Shown piece by piece: positions 50,120 through 64,000 of a stretch of DNA of 64,000 bases. The stretch lies in the NCBI RefSeq assembly GCF_003019035.1, contig NZ_CP027447.1; one strand, written 5' to 3'. This stretch comes from Escherichia coli (GTDB taxonomy: Bacteria; Pseudomonadota; Gammaproteobacteria; Enterobacterales; Enterobacteriaceae). Position 1 is the first letter of the stretch. Each line of letters starts with the position of its first letter. The notes under the pieces are model-generated. The model did not search any database. It was not told the DNA's origin and worked only from the letters and a program-made list of their open reading frames with translations. The position numbers were made by a program, and so were the translations under genes.

Positions 50120-51556
50120 TCAGCGTTTGTAACCCCCGCCCAGCGCACCGGTGAGTTGAATGGAAGCATCCAGCCACTGTCCCTGCAAGAGCAGACCATT
50201 GGCCCGCTCACGCAGCGCGGGGATTCTGGCTTCGCTGACGCGGGAACCAGCAATGATGCCCGCGTTAAAGCGCGCCTGCGCAAGACCTACCACACGCAAG
50301 GCATCGTGCTCAATTTGCGCCTGATGCTGGTTTTTCTCCGCCAGTGTCTGAACCTGGCTGGCCGCCCGCGCCACGTCATTTACCGCTTCAACCACCGCTT
50401 TGTTGTAGCTGGCGATAGACAAGTTGCTTTCGGCTTTTGCAATATCGAGGTTGGCGTTAAGACGACCACTATCGAAAATGGGTAGCGTCAGGCCTGCCGT
50501 AACGCCCATTTGCTGCGCGGAATGACGGAACAGATCGCTTAAGTGCAACGCATCCTGTTGCAGGAAGGCCATCAGGTTGATGTCAGGATAAAATGCCGCT
50601 TTTGCCGCATCAATAGTGCTTAACGATGACTCAACGTACCAGTGCGCCGCCTGCAAATCTGCCCGCCGGGCCAGTAAGGAGTACCCCAGTTCATCAGGAA
50701 GCTGGCTTGCCACTTTCGGCAACGCGACCGGATTAAGCTTCAATGCCTTTGTCTGGTGATTTGTAAGTGCGCTTAACCGTGCCTCAATAATTTTCATTTT
50801 CCCCGCGACATCGTTGAGCTGCTGCCGGGTTTTGCTGGCATTAATATCGGTTTCCACACCTTCAACTGCAGAAGTAATCCCGTTCTGATATAGCTGGCGA
50901 TCGGTGGCGATAATGGTGTTCTGCTCTTTTTCGATTTGCTGTAAGACCGTGTTTAACGCCGCCTGGGTTTGCCACTCCCAGTACAGGCGGGCTACGCTGC
51001 CAGCCAGCAATTGGCGGGTTTGCTCGCGTTCCGCCGCCCGTGCTTTAACCGTACCGAGGCGAGCAGTAACCTCCGCCCGATTCTTTCCCCAGATATCGAG
51101 ATGCCAGCCCGCCGTTAAGCCAAAAGTACCGTTGGTGTACCACGGACCGGTCGTACCTGCGGCAGGATCGTTCAGAGCAAACGGCCCCATTAACCCTTCT
51201 GCAGACATTTTTTGCCGCTCCATATCCGCAGAAAAGTCGATCTGCGGACCATCCTGAGTGGCAACTGCCTTCGCCTGGGCTTCAGCCAGCTGAATGCGCT
51301 GTTCAGCCACCTGCATATCCGGTGCGTTCTGTAGTGCGTTATTAATTAATGAGGTGAGTTGATTATCGTGATACTCCAGCCACCATTGGCTGTCTGGCCA
51401 ACCATTTTTCAGCGCCGTGGGTAATGCGGTGTCAACTTGTGTCGCGGGTGTTTGCTGGCTTAACGCCTGGCGGGTTTCATGCATAGGCGCACACCCGGCC
51501 AGCATCAGTAACAGCGGAAAACAGGCGATGGCTGGATAAAAAGAATCACGATTCAT
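50120..51556 (-). CDS. mdtQ: Outer-membrane efflux lipoprotein (OMF/NodT family), intact ~478 aa
   Basis: Continuous ORF; start at ATG 51554-51556 gives signal peptide with lipobox (..FPLLLMLAGC); recalled as a pseudogene in K-12 but uninterrupted here. Confidence 0.85.
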   Translation of the reverse strand: MNRDSFYPAIACFPLLLMLAGCAPMHETRQALSQQTPATQVDTALPTALKNGWPDSQWWLEYHDNQLTSLINNALQNAPDMQVAEQRIQLAEAQAKAVATQDGPQIDFSADMERQKMSAEGLMGPFALNDPAAGTTGPWYTNGTFGLTAGWHLDIWGKNRAEVTARLGTVKARAAEREQTRQLLAGSVARLYWEWQTQAALNTVLQQIEKEQNTIIATDRQLYQNGITSAVEGVETDINASKTRQQLNDVAGKMKIIEARLSALTNHQTKALKLNPVALPKVASQLPDELGYSLLARRADLQAAHWYVESSLSTIDAAKAAFYPDINLMAFLQQDALHLSDLFRHSAQQMGVTAGLTLPIFDSGRLNANLDIAKAESNLSIASYNKAVVEAVNDVARAASQVQTLAEKNQHQAQIEHDALRVVGLAQARFNAGIIAGSRVSEARIPALRERANGLLLQGQWLDASIQLTGALGGGYKR

Positions 51557-51779
51557 GGGGGAATAATCAGGTAAGAAAAGGTGCGCGGAGATTACCGTGT
51601 GTTGCGATATATTTTTTAGTTTCGCGTGGCAATACATCAGTGGCAATAAAACGACATATCCAGAAAAATATACACTAAGCGAATGATATCTTCCGATTTA
51701 TCTTAATCGTTTATGAATAGCGGCAAAGGGCTTCGTTTTTTCCTATACTTATTCAGCACTCACAAATAAAGGAACGCCA

Positions 51780-51863
51780 ATGAAAATTATACTCTGGGCT
51801 GTATTGATTATTTTCCTGATTGGGCTACTGGTGGTGACTGGCGTATTTAAGATGATATTTTAA
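51780..51863 (+). CDS. yohP: Small membrane protein, 27 aa
   Basis: AAGGAA RBS; translates MKIILWAVLIIFLIGLLVVTGVFKMIF (single TM helix). Confidence 0.8.
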   Translation: MKIILWAVLIIFLIGLLVVTGVFKMIF

Positions 51864-52230
51864 AAATCAGATATGGCATATAAGTTGTCAGGTCAGTAAC
51901 TCGATATTTTGTGTACTTGATTTACAAACAGCTCCGGTGTTGGTGGCGTCAAAATCGCTGAAGCGTTCCCCGAAGGCCGGGGCAGCCCACATGGATGTGG
52001 GCTGAGGGCGCGTCTTACAAGGACGTTACCTCGCGCCCGACCCGGTAGCCGAAGGGGATAAGCTGAAGGTACCGCGCAGCGGCGATTTTGTTCGCCAGAG
52101 CCCGGGGGTGCAGGGGGAGGAGGCGATTGTCCTCCCCCTGCGCGCTCCTTGCGCCAGTGGCAATATGTGGCTTAGCTCATGAAAGGAGCGCAACAAGATG
52201 ATGAAGCTAAATAAGCGATTCATTGTCTCA

Positions 52231-52265
52231 GATAAGCTGCGATTCCACTATTATCGCAGCTTATC
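52231..52265. repeat. Perfect 12-bp inverted repeat spanning the dusC stop codon
   Basis: GATAAGCTGCGA-ttccactatta-TCGCAGCTTATC; 3' arm lies inside the last codons of dusC; no flanking T-tract on either strand. Confidence 0.6.
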
Positions 52266-53201
52266 GATATCAATTGCCTGAATAGCCCTTGCAATATCAG
52301 GGGAATTATTCAACACCCGAACATGCTGAAATAATTCTGTTGCTTCATCGTATTCTTTACGCAAATAACTCAACCACTGTTTAATCCGCGCTACGTGATA
52401 TAACCCGGTATCGCCCTGCTTTTCCAGACGGGTATATTTTTGCAGCAAAGCAACCACCTCCGGCCACGGCATTCGCGGTTCGTTATATTTCACCACACGG
52501 CTCAGGTTGGGAATATTGAGCGCCCCGCGACCAATCATCACCGCGTCACAGCCGCTGATCGCCATACACTGTTGCGCGCTCTGCCAGTCCCAGATTTCAC
52601 CGTTGGCAATCACCGGAATATTCAGCCGTTGGCGAATCTCACCAATCGCCTGCCAATCAATATGCTCCGCGCGGTAACCCTGCTCTTTTGTCCGCCCATG
52701 CACCACCAGCTCCGTAGCGCCAGCCTGTTGAACCGCATCGGCGATTTCAAATTTCTTCTCACCGCTGTCCCAGCCCAGACGCACTTTCACACTGACGGGC
52801 AAATGCGCCGGTACAGCTTCGCGCATCGCTTTTGCACCCTGATAGATGAGTTCAGGATCTTTGAGTAACGTCGCCCCACCGCCGCTACCGTTAACCGTTT
52901 TCGACGGGCAGCCGCAATTGAGATCCACGCCCCAGGAACCTAACTCGACTGCACGGGCGGCGTTCTCTGCCAGCCATTGTGGGAACTGGCCTAACAACTG
53001 CACGCGCACCAGCGTACCGGATGGTGTCCGGCTGGCGTTTTGTAGCTCAGGGCAAATGCGATGAAAGACTTTTACCGGCAGCAGTTGATCCACCACGCGG
53101 ACAAACTCGGTGATGCACAGATCGTAGTCGTTAACTTCGGTCAGTAATTCCCGCACCAGAGAGTCAAGCACACCCTCCATCGGAGCCAGTAACACACGCA
53201 T
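52251..53201 (-). CDS. dusC: tRNA-dihydrouridine synthase C, 316 aa
   Basis: Start at ATG 53199-53201 ([33 protein letters not shown]..), ORF-track extension rejected; Dus-family TIM-barrel sequence. Confidence 0.93.
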
Positions 53202-53403
53202 ATCATCACCCGCCAAAAAATGAGGCGCTATGTTAGCGCCTATGGTCAGCGGATTAAAGGTCTGCAAAGAGGGATTGCTGCAAACTGCAATCCCTCTCTA
53301 TGCTTGATGTATGCCTGAGTTCGCTGCGCATTGTGTAATACCGGGGAGCGAAAAAATAAGCGCTGATTTCTTAATGTGATCGGTAGCACGTTTTACGAAT
53401 TAA

Positions 53404-54530
<1,127 letters not shown>

Positions 54531-54534
54531 AATT

Positions 54535-54600
54535 TGCGATGCGTCGCGCATTTTTGATGTAAGTTTCACGCGTTGCATAATTAATGAGATTCAGATCACA
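54535..54600 (+). promoter_or_regulatory. cdd promoter region with CRP-binding sites
   Basis: TGCGATGCGTCGCGCA (54535-54550) and TGAGATTCAGATCACA (54585-54600) fit the CRP half-site pattern TGTGA-N6-TCACA; the second is followed by TATAAA -10-like hexamer. Confidence 0.7.
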
Positions 54601-54659
54601 TATAAAGCCATAACGGGTTCGTAAACTGTTATCCCATTACATGATTATGAGGCAACGCC

Positions 54660-56655
<1,996 letters not shown>

Positions 56656-56848
56656 TATTTTCCCTTTTCTGTTAATTATTGAGAATAATTATTACTTCAC
56701 TTAATAAGCTGCGGATATAACATTCTGAACCGCAGCTATTTGTGAATCCTTTCACAGTTTAAATTTCCCCACGCGCATAGCCTTAATATCAGCACGCAAT
56801 ATTTATTTAGCGTTCGCCTTAATTACTCATAGCATTAAGGAAGATCAC

Positions 56849-58087
56849 ATGCCGCAACAAAATTATCTGGATGAACTCACTCCGGCTTTTACGCCTTTAC
56901 TGGCGATTAAAGAAGCCTCTCGCTGTTTATTATGTCATGACGCTCCCTGTAGTCAGGCTTGCCCGGCGCAAACTGACCCAGGGAAATTTATCCGCTCAAT
57001 TTATTTTCGTAATTTTAAAGGTGCTGCCGAGACAATTCGCGAAAATAATGCCCTCGGTGCCGTTTGTGCCAGAGTGTGCCCGACGGAGAAATTATGCCAA
57101 AGCGGTTGTACACGTGCCGGTGTTGATACTCCCATTGATATCGGTCGCTTACAGCGTTTTGTTACTGATTTTGAACAACAAACCGGGATGGAAATTTATC
57201 AGCCCGGTACTAAAACGCTCGGCAAAGTCGCGATTATTGGCGCGGGTCCTGCCGGATTGCAGGCCAGTGTGACACTGACAAACCAGGGTTATGACGTCAC
57301 GATCTATGAGAAAGAAGCACAACCCGGTGGCTGGTTGCGTAACGGCATTCCGCAATTCCGGTTACCGCAATCGGTGCTGGATGCAGAAATCGCCCGTATA
57401 GAAAAAATGGGCGTGACCATTAAATGCAATAACGAAATCGGTAACACACTCACCCTGGAGCAGCTGAAAGCGGAAAACCGCGCGGTACTGGTCACCGTGG
57501 GGTTATCGAGCGGTTCGGGGCTACCACTGTTTGAGCATAGCGACGTTGAGATTGCCGTCGACTTCCTGCAACGTGCACGACAGGCGCAAGGCGATATCAG
57601 CATTCCACAAAGCGCATTAATTATCGGCGGCGGTGATGTCGCGATGGACGTAGCCAGCACGCTGAAAGTTCTCGGCTGTCAGGCGGTAACCTGCGTAGCG
57701 CGTGAAGAGTTAGATGAGTTTCCGGCAAGCGAAAAAGAGTTTGCCAGCGCCCGGGAGTTGGGCGTTTCGATCATCGATGGATTTACACCTGTAGCCGTGG
57801 AAGGCAATAAAGTCACCTTTAAGCATGTTCGTTTACCAGGTGAACTAACGATAGCGGCGGACAAAATTATTCTCGCCGTCGGTCAGCATGCCAGACTGGA
57901 TGCCTTTGCGGAGTTAGAGCCGCAGCGTAACACCATCAATACACAAAATTACCAGACCCGCGATCCGCAAGTCTTTGCTGCTGGCGATATTGTTGAGGGT
58001 GACAAAACCGTGGTCTATGCCGTGAAAACCGGGAAAGAAGCCGCCGAGGCGATTCATCACTATTTAGAGGGAGCTTGCTCATGTTAA
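56849..58087 (+). CDS. preT: NAD-dependent dihydropyrimidine dehydrogenase subunit PreT, 412 aa
   Basis: AAGGAAGA RBS; N-terminal Cys cluster and GAGPAG dinucleotide-binding motif. Confidence 0.93.
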   Translation: MPQQNYLDELTPAFTPLLAIKEASRCLLCHDAPCSQACPAQTDPGKFIRSIYFRNFKGAAETIRENNALGAVCARVCPTEKLCQSGCTRAGVDTPIDIGRLQRFVTDFEQQTGMEIYQPGTKTLGKVAIIGAGPAGLQASVTLTNQGYDVTIYEKEAQPGGWLRNGIPQFRLPQSVLDAEIARIEKMGVTIKCNNEIGNTLTLEQLKAENRAVLVTVGLSSGSGLPLFEHSDVEIAVDFLQRARQAQGDISIPQSALIIGGGDVAMDVASTLKVLGCQAVTCVAREELDEFPASEKEFASARELGVSIIDGFTPVAVEGNKVTFKHVRLPGELTIAADKIILAVGQHARLDAFAELEPQRNTINTQNYQTRDPQVFAAGDIVEGDKTVVYAVKTGKEAAEAIHHYLEGACSC

Positions 58088-59316
58088 CGAAAGATCTTTC
58101 GATTACTTTTTGCGGCGTGAAGTTTCCCAACCCGTTCTGCCTCTCTTCTTCGCCTGTAGGCAACTGCTATGAGATGTGTGCCAAAGCCTACGACACAGGC
58201 TGGGGCGGCGTGGTGTTTAAAACGATCGGCTTTTTTATCGCCAACGAAGTCTCGCCGCGTTTTGATCATCTGGTGAAAGAAGATACCGGTTTTATCGGCT
58301 TCAAAAATATGGAGCAGATTGCTGAACATCCGTTGGAAGAGAATCTGGCCGCCCTGCGTCGGCTGAAAGAAGATTACCCGGACAAAGTATTGATCGCTTC
58401 AATCATGGGCGAAAATGAGCAGCAATGGGAAGAGCTGGCGCGTCTGGTGCAAGAAGCTGGCGCGGATATGATCGAGTGTAACTTCTCCTGTCCGCAAATG
58501 ACTTCTCATGCGATGGGTAGCGATGTCGGGCAAAGCCCGGAGCTGGTAGAAAAATATTGTCGGGCAGTAAAACGTGGTTCCACGCTGCCAATGCTGGCGA
58601 AGATGACGCCGAATATCGGTGATATGTGCGAAGTGGCGCTGGCGGCGAAGCGCGGCGGCGCAGATGGCATTGCGGCGATTAACACCGTTAAATCCATCAC
58701 CAATATCGATCTTAATCAGAAAATCGGTATGCCGATCGTTAACGGTAAATCGAGTATTTCCGGATATTCCGGTAAAGCGGTAAAACCGATCGCCCTGCGC
58801 TTCATTCAGCAAATGCGTACCCATCCAGAACTGCGCGATTTCCCGATCAGCGGTATCGGCGGCATTGAAACCTGGGAAGATGCGGCGGAGTTTTTATTGC
58901 TCGGTGCAGCGACGTTGCAGGTGACCACCGGCATTATGCAGTACGGGTATCGGATAGTGGAAGATATGGCAAGCGGGTTGTCGCATTATCTCGCCGATCA
59001 AGGGTTTGATTCGTTGCAGGAGATGGTAGGTCTGGCGAATCACAATATTGTCCCGGCGGAAGATTTAGACCGCAGTTATATTGTCTATCCCCATATCAAT
59101 CTTGATAAATGTGTTGGCTGTGGACGCTGTTATATTTCCTGTTACGACGGCGGTCACCAGGCGATGGAATGGAGCGAGAAAACCCGCACACCGCATTGTA
59201 ATACCGAGAAATGCGTGGGTTGTCTGCTTTGTGGTCACGTCTGCCCGGTGGGTTGTATTGATCTCGGAGAAGTGAAGTTTAAGAAAGGCGAGAAAGAACA
59301 CCCGGTAACGTTGTAG
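58081..59316 (+). CDS. preA: NAD-dependent dihydropyrimidine dehydrogenase subunit PreA, 411 aa
   Basis: Start ATG 58081 overlaps preT 3' end by 7 nt; DHOD-like barrel plus C-terminal 2x[4Fe-4S] motifs ([23 protein letters not shown]). Confidence 0.93.
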   Translation: MLTKDLSITFCGVKFPNPFCLSSSPVGNCYEMCAKAYDTGWGGVVFKTIGFFIANEVSPRFDHLVKEDTGFIGFKNMEQIAEHPLEENLAALRRLKEDYPDKVLIASIMGENEQQWEELARLVQEAGADMIECNFSCPQMTSHAMGSDVGQSPELVEKYCRAVKRGSTLPMLAKMTPNIGDMCEVALAAKRGGADGIAAINTVKSITNIDLNQKIGMPIVNGKSSISGYSGKAVKPIALRFIQQMRTHPELRDFPISGIGGIETWEDAAEFLLLGAATLQVTTGIMQYGYRIVEDMASGLSHYLADQGFDSLQEMVGLANHNIVPAEDLDRSYIVYPHINLDKCVGCGRCYISCYDGGHQAMEWSEKTRTPHCNTEKCVGCLLCGHVCPVGCIDLGEVKFKKGEKEHPVTL

Positions 59317-59319
59317 AAC

Positions 59320-59375
59320 CCGCGTCACATCCGGCATTTGGCACCGAATGCCGGATGCAGCGCATCCGGCAATAC
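59320..59375. repeat. REP-like paired hairpins between convergent preA and mglC
   Basis: CCGGCATT-tggcaccg-AATGCCGG and GCCGGATGC-agc-GCATCCGGC palindromes. Confidence 0.6.
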
Positions 59376-59386
59376 CCATATTCACA

Positions 59387-60397
59387 TCATTTCTTACGCG
59401 CGTATTTCAGTGAATCCAGCGCTACGGCGAAGATAATAATCGCCCCTTTGATGATGTACTGCCAGTATGGGTTTACGCCGATATACGTCAGGCCATAGTT
59501 GATGACGGTAAAAATAATTACCCCGGTCACCACGCCAATCACCGTCCCCACACCGCCGCTGAACGATACGCCGCCCACCACGCACGCTGCGATAGCATCC
59601 AGTTCATACATAAAGCCGAGGTTGTTGGTGGCAGAGCCGATACGTCCGGCTTCTAACATCCCGCCGAAGGCATAGAACACACCAGACAACGCGTAGATCA
59701 TCAGCAGGTTCAGGCCGACGTTGACACCAGATACTTTCGCCGCTTCCGGGTTACCGCCAATGGCAAAAATGTTCTTACCGAAGCGGGTTTTGTTCCACAA
59801 CACCCAGACGAACGCCACCGCAATCAACGCGTAGAAGGTGATGTAAGAGAGACGGAAACTCCCCAGTGCGACAAAGCCCTGAGCAAAGGTAGAGAAGCCA
59901 CTGTCAAAACCAGAAATTGGCGACGCCCCGACAAAGTCGTAATAGAGCGAGTTGATGCCATAGACGATGATCATCGTGCCGAGCGTGGTAATGAACGGCG
60001 TCACGTTGAGATAGGCGATAATCAGACCGTTGATCAAACCGATCACCGCACCAATGGCACAGACAATCAGAATAACCAGCACAATCGGCATCGTCGCCAT
60101 TTCCGGGAATACTTTGTTAGCGTTATCCATGGACTGCAATAACGTCGCTGCCACCACGGCTGCCAGCCCTACCTGACGTCCCGCAGAAAGGTCGGTCCCC
60201 TGGGTGACAATTAACCCTGCCACACCAAGCGCGATAATAATACGCACCGATGACTGGGTGAGAATATTACTTAAGTTCAACAGACTTAAAAATGTTGGGT
60301 CCTGGAAAATAATAATTGCCAGCAAAACTAAAAGAACGACGTAAATACCGCCTTCTTTCAGGTAAGTAAGAAAACTTTTCTTATTTAACGCACTCAT
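59387..60397 (-). CDS. mglC: Galactose/methyl-galactoside ABC transporter permease, 336 aa
   Basis: Polytopic permease at end of mglBAC operon. Confidence 0.96.
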   Translation of the reverse strand: MSALNKKSFLTYLKEGGIYVVLLVLLAIIIFQDPTFLSLLNLSNILTQSSVRIIIALGVAGLIVTQGTDLSAGRQVGLAAVVAATLLQSMDNANKVFPEMATMPIVLVILIVCAIGAVIGLINGLIIAYLNVTPFITTLGTMIIVYGINSLYYDFVGASPISGFDSGFSTFAQGFVALGSFRLSYITFYALIAVAFVWVLWNKTRFGKNIFAIGGNPEAAKVSGVNVGLNLLMIYALSGVFYAFGGMLEAGRIGSATNNLGFMYELDAIAACVVGGVSFSGGVGTVIGVVTGVIIFTVINYGLTYIGVNPYWQYIIKGAIIIFAVALDSLKYARKK

Positions 60398-60412
60398 GGG
60401 AAGCCCCTAATC

Positions 60413-61933
60413 TTAAAGGTGCAAAGACGCAAGACGCAGAATTTCGCTTTGCGTTGTTGTTTTTGTATCGACAATTCCGGAAACGAGACCATTGCTCATG
60501 ACCAGAATACGGTCTGTTATCCCTAACAACTCTGGCATTTCGGAGGAGATAATAATAATCCCCTTGCCTTTCTTCGCCAGTTCGGCAATTAACTGATAAA
60601 TCTCAAACTTAGCCCCAACGTCAATACCGCGCGTCGGTTCATCGAGCATTAATATTTCTGGTTGCGTTAACAGCCAGCGACCAATAATCACTTTTTGCTG
60701 ATTACCACCGGAGAGCGAACCTATTTGCGTCCGATGACCTGGCGTTTTTACCCGCATCGAATCAATGACCCACTGGGTATCGCTTTTCATCCGCGAATTA
60801 TCCAGCAAGCCAACTTTATTTTTGTAGTTGCGAATATTGGAAATTAACGAGTTAAAACCGATATCCAAATAGGCATAAATTCCCGTTGAGCGGCGCTCCT
60901 CAGTTACCAGAGCAAATCCGTGGTTTATGGCTTCATTGGCATTATGGTTATTGATCTTTTTGCCGTGCAACGTAATGGTGCCAGCCGATTTCTCGCGAAT
61001 ACCAAATAACGTCTCAACAATATCGGTACGTTTCGCCCCCACCAGCCCGGCAATACCGAGGATCTCCCCTTTATGCAGATCAAACGAGACATCACGGATC
61101 GACGGCTGGCGCAGTGACGTCAGGTTACGCACCTCGAGGATGACTTCGCCCGGCTTGTTTTCTTTGTCAGGGAAACGCTGGTTAAGAGAACGCCCAACCA
61201 TCATGGCGATGATCTTGTCCATCGTCAGCCCTGCCAGCGGTTCGGTGGCGATCCACTGACCGTCGCGCAATACGGTAACTTCATCACATAACTGGAAGAT
61301 TTCTTCCATTTTATGCGAGATATAAACAATACCGCAGCCGCGCTCTTTTAATTTACGAATAATAGTGAACAGATGATTGACCTCTTTTTCGGTCAACGAA
61401 GAAGTCGGTTCATCCATAATCACAATTTTCGCGTTATAGGAAAACGCTTTGGCGATTTCGATCATCTGCATTTGCGAAACGGATAATGTGCCGACGCGCG
61501 CACGCGGATCGATATCAATATCCAGTTCATCAAAAATCGCTTTGGTTTCGCGGTACATTTTGTCCTGATCGACAAACATGCCTTTGGTGGGATATCGCCC
61601 CAGCCACATGTTATCCATCACCGAACGTTGTAATACCAGATTTAACTCCTGGTGTACCATCGAAATACCATTTTCCAGCGCTTCTTTGGCAGAATGGAAA
61701 TCGATCTCTTTACCCTGGAATAAAATGGTGCCGGAGTCTTTTTGATAAATACCAAACAGGCATTTTAATAATGTTGATTTTCCTGCGCCGTTTTCCCCCA
61801 TTAATGCATGGATAGAATGTGGCCGGACTTTTAAATTAACGTTATCAAGTGCCTTAACACCGGGAAAAGACTTGTTGATACCGCTCATTTCCAACAAGTA
61901 TTCCCCGGAAGACGGAGTCGTTGAGCTGACCAT
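60413..61933 (-). CDS. mglA: Galactose/methyl-galactoside ABC transporter ATP-binding protein (duplicated ABC domains), 506 aa
   Basis: Walker [11 protein letters not shown], second nucleotide-binding domain with LSGGNQQKV signature. Confidence 0.96.
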   Translation of the reverse strand: MVSSTTPSSGEYLLEMSGINKSFPGVKALDNVNLKVRPHSIHALMGENGAGKSTLLKCLFGIYQKDSGTILFQGKEIDFHSAKEALENGISMVHQELNLVLQRSVMDNMWLGRYPTKGMFVDQDKMYRETKAIFDELDIDIDPRARVGTLSVSQMQMIEIAKAFSYNAKIVIMDEPTSSLTEKEVNHLFTIIRKLKERGCGIVYISHKMEEIFQLCDEVTVLRDGQWIATEPLAGLTMDKIIAMMVGRSLNQRFPDKENKPGEVILEVRNLTSLRQPSIRDVSFDLHKGEILGIAGLVGAKRTDIVETLFGIREKSAGTITLHGKKINNHNANEAINHGFALVTEERRSTGIYAYLDIGFNSLISNIRNYKNKVGLLDNSRMKSDTQWVIDSMRVKTPGHRTQIGSLSGGNQQKVIIGRWLLTQPEILMLDEPTRGIDVGAKFEIYQLIAELAKKGKGIIIISSEMPELLGITDRILVMSNGLVSGIVDTKTTTQSEILRLASLHL

Positions 61934-61993
61934 ATAATTTTACCTTGTTGGCCATACAATAAGGGCGCAGTAAACGACTGCGCCCAATCAGTC

Positions 61994-62992
61994 TTATTTC
62001 TTGCTGAATTCAGCCAGGTTGTCTTTATCTACGCCAACATAAGGTACGCGGACCACTTTGTTGTCGATTTTCCAGTTGGTGCCATCAGCCGCACCTTTGC
62101 CATCGGCCAGGTTTTTCGCCAAATCAAAGGTCGCTTTCGCCTGGTTGTTAGCATCGTTCAGTACGGTGCCCGCCAGTGCACCGGATTTCACCAGCGCCAG
62201 CGCTTCTGGCAGCGCATCGACGCCAAACACCGGAATGCTGGACTTGTTGTGTGCTTTCAGTGCTTCTACCGCGCCCATTGCCATCGCATCGTTGTTGGCG
62301 ATAACCACTTCGATTTTGTTGGCGTTCGGGCCAGACAGCCAGGCGTCCATCTTATCTTTCGCCTGAGCGGTGTCCCACATAGCGGTATCTAACTGTAACT
62401 GTTCAGTTTTGATGCCTTTGTCGTTCAATTCTTTAATCACGTAAGTGGTACGTGCTTCTGCATCCGGATGGCCCGGCTCACCTTTCAGCAGTACGAACTG
62501 AATCTGACCGTCTTTGTTCAGATCCCAACCCTGATTCGCCGCCCAGTGTTTAGCAATCAAATCGCCCTGAATAATGCCGGACTCTTTGGAGTCAGTGCCA
62601 ACGTAGTAGGCTTTGTCGTAGCTATCCAGCGCCTTACGAGACGGTTCTTTGTTGAAGAAAACCACCGGCACGTTTTGCCCACGCGCTTTCTCAATCACCG
62701 TACCCGCAGCTGCCGGGTCAACCAGGTTGATTGCCAGTGCCTTCACCCCTTTCGCCAGCAATACGTCGATCTGATCGTTCTGCTTGGACTGGTCATTCTG
62801 AGAATCATTCATCAGCAGCTGAACATCTGGCGCGGCTTTCGCATCTTGCTCAATAGCCTTGCGCACCACAGACATAAAGTTATCGTCGTACTTGTAGATT
62901 GTTACACCAATGCGAGTATCAGCAGCGTGTGCAGCGGCACCGAATAACATGCTGGCCATCACAGCAGACAGGGTTAACACCTTCTTATTCAT
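61994..62992 (-). CDS. mglB: Periplasmic D-galactose/D-glucose-binding protein, 332 aa
   Basis: Signal peptide [23 protein letters not shown]; recalled as MglB. Confidence 0.96.
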   Translation of the reverse strand: MNKKVLTLSAVMASMLFGAAAHAADTRIGVTIYKYDDNFMSVVRKAIEQDAKAAPDVQLLMNDSQNDQSKQNDQIDVLLAKGVKALAINLVDPAAAGTVIEKARGQNVPVVFFNKEPSRKALDSYDKAYYVGTDSKESGIIQGDLIAKHWAANQGWDLNKDGQIQFVLLKGEPGHPDAEARTTYVIKELNDKGIKTEQLQLDTAMWDTAQAKDKMDAWLSGPNANKIEVVIANNDAMAMGAVEALKAHNKSSIPVFGVDALPEALALVKSGALAGTVLNDANNQAKATFDLAKNLADGKGAADGTNWKIDNKVVRVPYVGVDKDNLAEFSKK

Positions 62993-63240
62993 GGTATCTC
63001 CGGTTTTTCTTATGCAGGGTAGTGCTTGAGATAAATGCTCGGCGGGGCAGTAGAGTTAATGAAGTGTTACTGAACGCCGAAGCTCACTTTTTAAAATTCG
63101 TTCTTCCATGCCCGGTAACGCTCCAGAAAACGGCTTTAATTGTTGTTATGACGCTATTACCTCGGTGAAAGTGATTATTCACTGTTACATACGGGTTACA
63201 ACGTTAAAACGGTGCAATCATAGCTATCACATTGTTAAGA

Positions 63241-63262
63241 TACTGTGAAATCACTCACAGAT
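63241..63262. promoter_or_regulatory. Near-perfect CRP-binding site between galS 3' end and mglB
   Basis: TGTGA-aatcac-TCACA (63244-63259), a perfect match to both CRP half-sites; mglBAC is known to be cAMP-CRP dependent. Confidence 0.7.
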
Positions 63263-63271
63263 TGAAAGCGG

Positions 63272-64000
63272 TTACATCGCCTGATTTGTTGAGTTAGTGA
63301 TCGCCGCCGCATTCTGGCGTGTTGCGACAGAATGGCGACGCACTAACGTCGGCATAAAACAGTGGCTGGCACGAGGATCAATATTGCCTGCTGCCCCCAG
63401 CAAGGCCAGTTCGGTGGCTAATTTCGCCATTGAAGCAATGGGATAACGCACGGTCGTTAATTGCGGGTCGGTGTAACGGGCGATGGGAATATCATCGAAA
63501 CCGATGATGGAGAGATGTAACGGAATCGCAATGCCATTATCTTTTAATGCTGTCAGTGCGCCAGCGGCCATATTGTCGTTATAAGCAAATACAGCGGTAA
63601 GTTGTAGATTGCGCCCCAGCAGTTCAACCATCGCCGCCTCACCGCCCGGCATGTCAGGCGTGCCAGTGCCAATCCAACTTTCCGGCGGAATAATATCCTG
63701 CTCTTTCAACGCACTCATCCAGCCTGCTTTACGCATGGCGTCATCTTCAATGCCGTGGCTGGAAGAAAGATAACCAATACGTTGATGGCCGTTATTCAGC
63801 AACATGCGCGTCGCCATTCGGGCACCACTGAGATTATCCAGGCAAACGCAACGATGGGCGTACCCCGGCACAACGCGGTTGATTAACACCATACCGGGAA
63901 TGTTATCCATAAATTGTGCCAGTTCATCATCACTCAATGCTTTTGAGTGAACAATCAACGCATTACAACGCTGGCGAATTAACACCTCAATGGCATGACG
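63272..64000 (-). CDS. galS: LacI/GalR-family galactose isorepressor, C-terminal part (5' end beyond window)
   Basis: ORF 63272..63985(-) continues past the window edge; periplasmic-binding-protein-like effector domain of the GalR/GalS type. Confidence 0.85.
   Translation of the reverse strand, partial: RHAIEVLIRQRCNALIVHSKALSDDELAQFMDNIPGMVLINRVVPGYAHRCVCLDNLSGARMATRMLLNNGHQRIGYLSSSHGIEDDAMRKAGWMSALKEQDIIPPESWIGTGTPDMPGGEAAMVELLGRNLQLTAVFAYNDNMAAGALTALKDNGIAIPLHLSIIGFDDIPIARYTDPQLTTVRYPIASMAKLATELALLGAAGNIDPRASHCFMPTLVRRHSVATRQNAAAITNSTNQAM

Noticed and set aside
51900-52200. Retron msr/msd or integron attC site as explanation for the structured GC-rich element
   Set aside because: No reverse transcriptase or integrase gene anywhere nearby; flanking genes are core housekeeping genes.
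52026-52223. 65-aa minus-strand ORF in the yohP-dusC spacer
   Set aside because: Overlaps the hairpin-dense GC-rich element; translation is Arg/Ser/Pro/Gly-rich low complexity; more likely non-coding structure than a protein gene.

Overview
The window reads as a contiguous ~64 kb stretch of an Escherichia coli-type chromosome, running fbaB - yegTUVWX - thiMD - rcnRAB - yehABCDE - mrp - metG - molR - yehI - yehK - yehLMPQ - yehRS - btsSR - mlrA - yehWXYZ/osmF - bglX - dld - pbpG - yohCDF - mdtQ - yohP - dusC - yohJK - cdd - sanA - yeiS - preTA - mglBAC - galS (partial). Gene calls rest on the supplied ORF track, motifs read directly in the translations, and recall of the E. coli proteins; no database search was possible. 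About 60 protein genes are densely packed on both strands. I found no rRNA, tRNA, CRISPR array, IS element, integrase or prophage genes. Several ORF-track entries carry N-terminal extensions from upstream in-frame ATG/TTG codons; I used the internal starts that match the known proteins and have a Shine-Dalgarno sequence.

The strain is not K-12 MG1655-like: molR and mdtQ are intact here, and a type I toxin-antitoxin-like locus (zorO/orzO-like) sits between yehK and yehL.

The best candidate for an undescribed system is the block at 19.0-34.0 kb. It holds two giant tandem paralogs (molR with an N-terminal WGR-like domain, and yehI with an in-frame (TATGGC)n Tyr-Gly repeat), the small orphan yehK, the zorO/orzO-like locus, and the translationally coupled yehLMPQ cassette. 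That cassette encodes a MoxR-like AAA+ ATPase, a 759-aa protein with no recognisable motif, a VWA/MIDAS protein and a protein with two SWIM zinc-finger motifs. It looks like an NTP-driven multi-protein machine of unknown function; a role in stress or conflict sensing is inference only.

Other points worth a second look: a hairpin-rich GC-rich element between yohP and dusC, the yegTUV-yegW module, and the cryptic AT-rich yeh chaperone-usher fimbrial operon.
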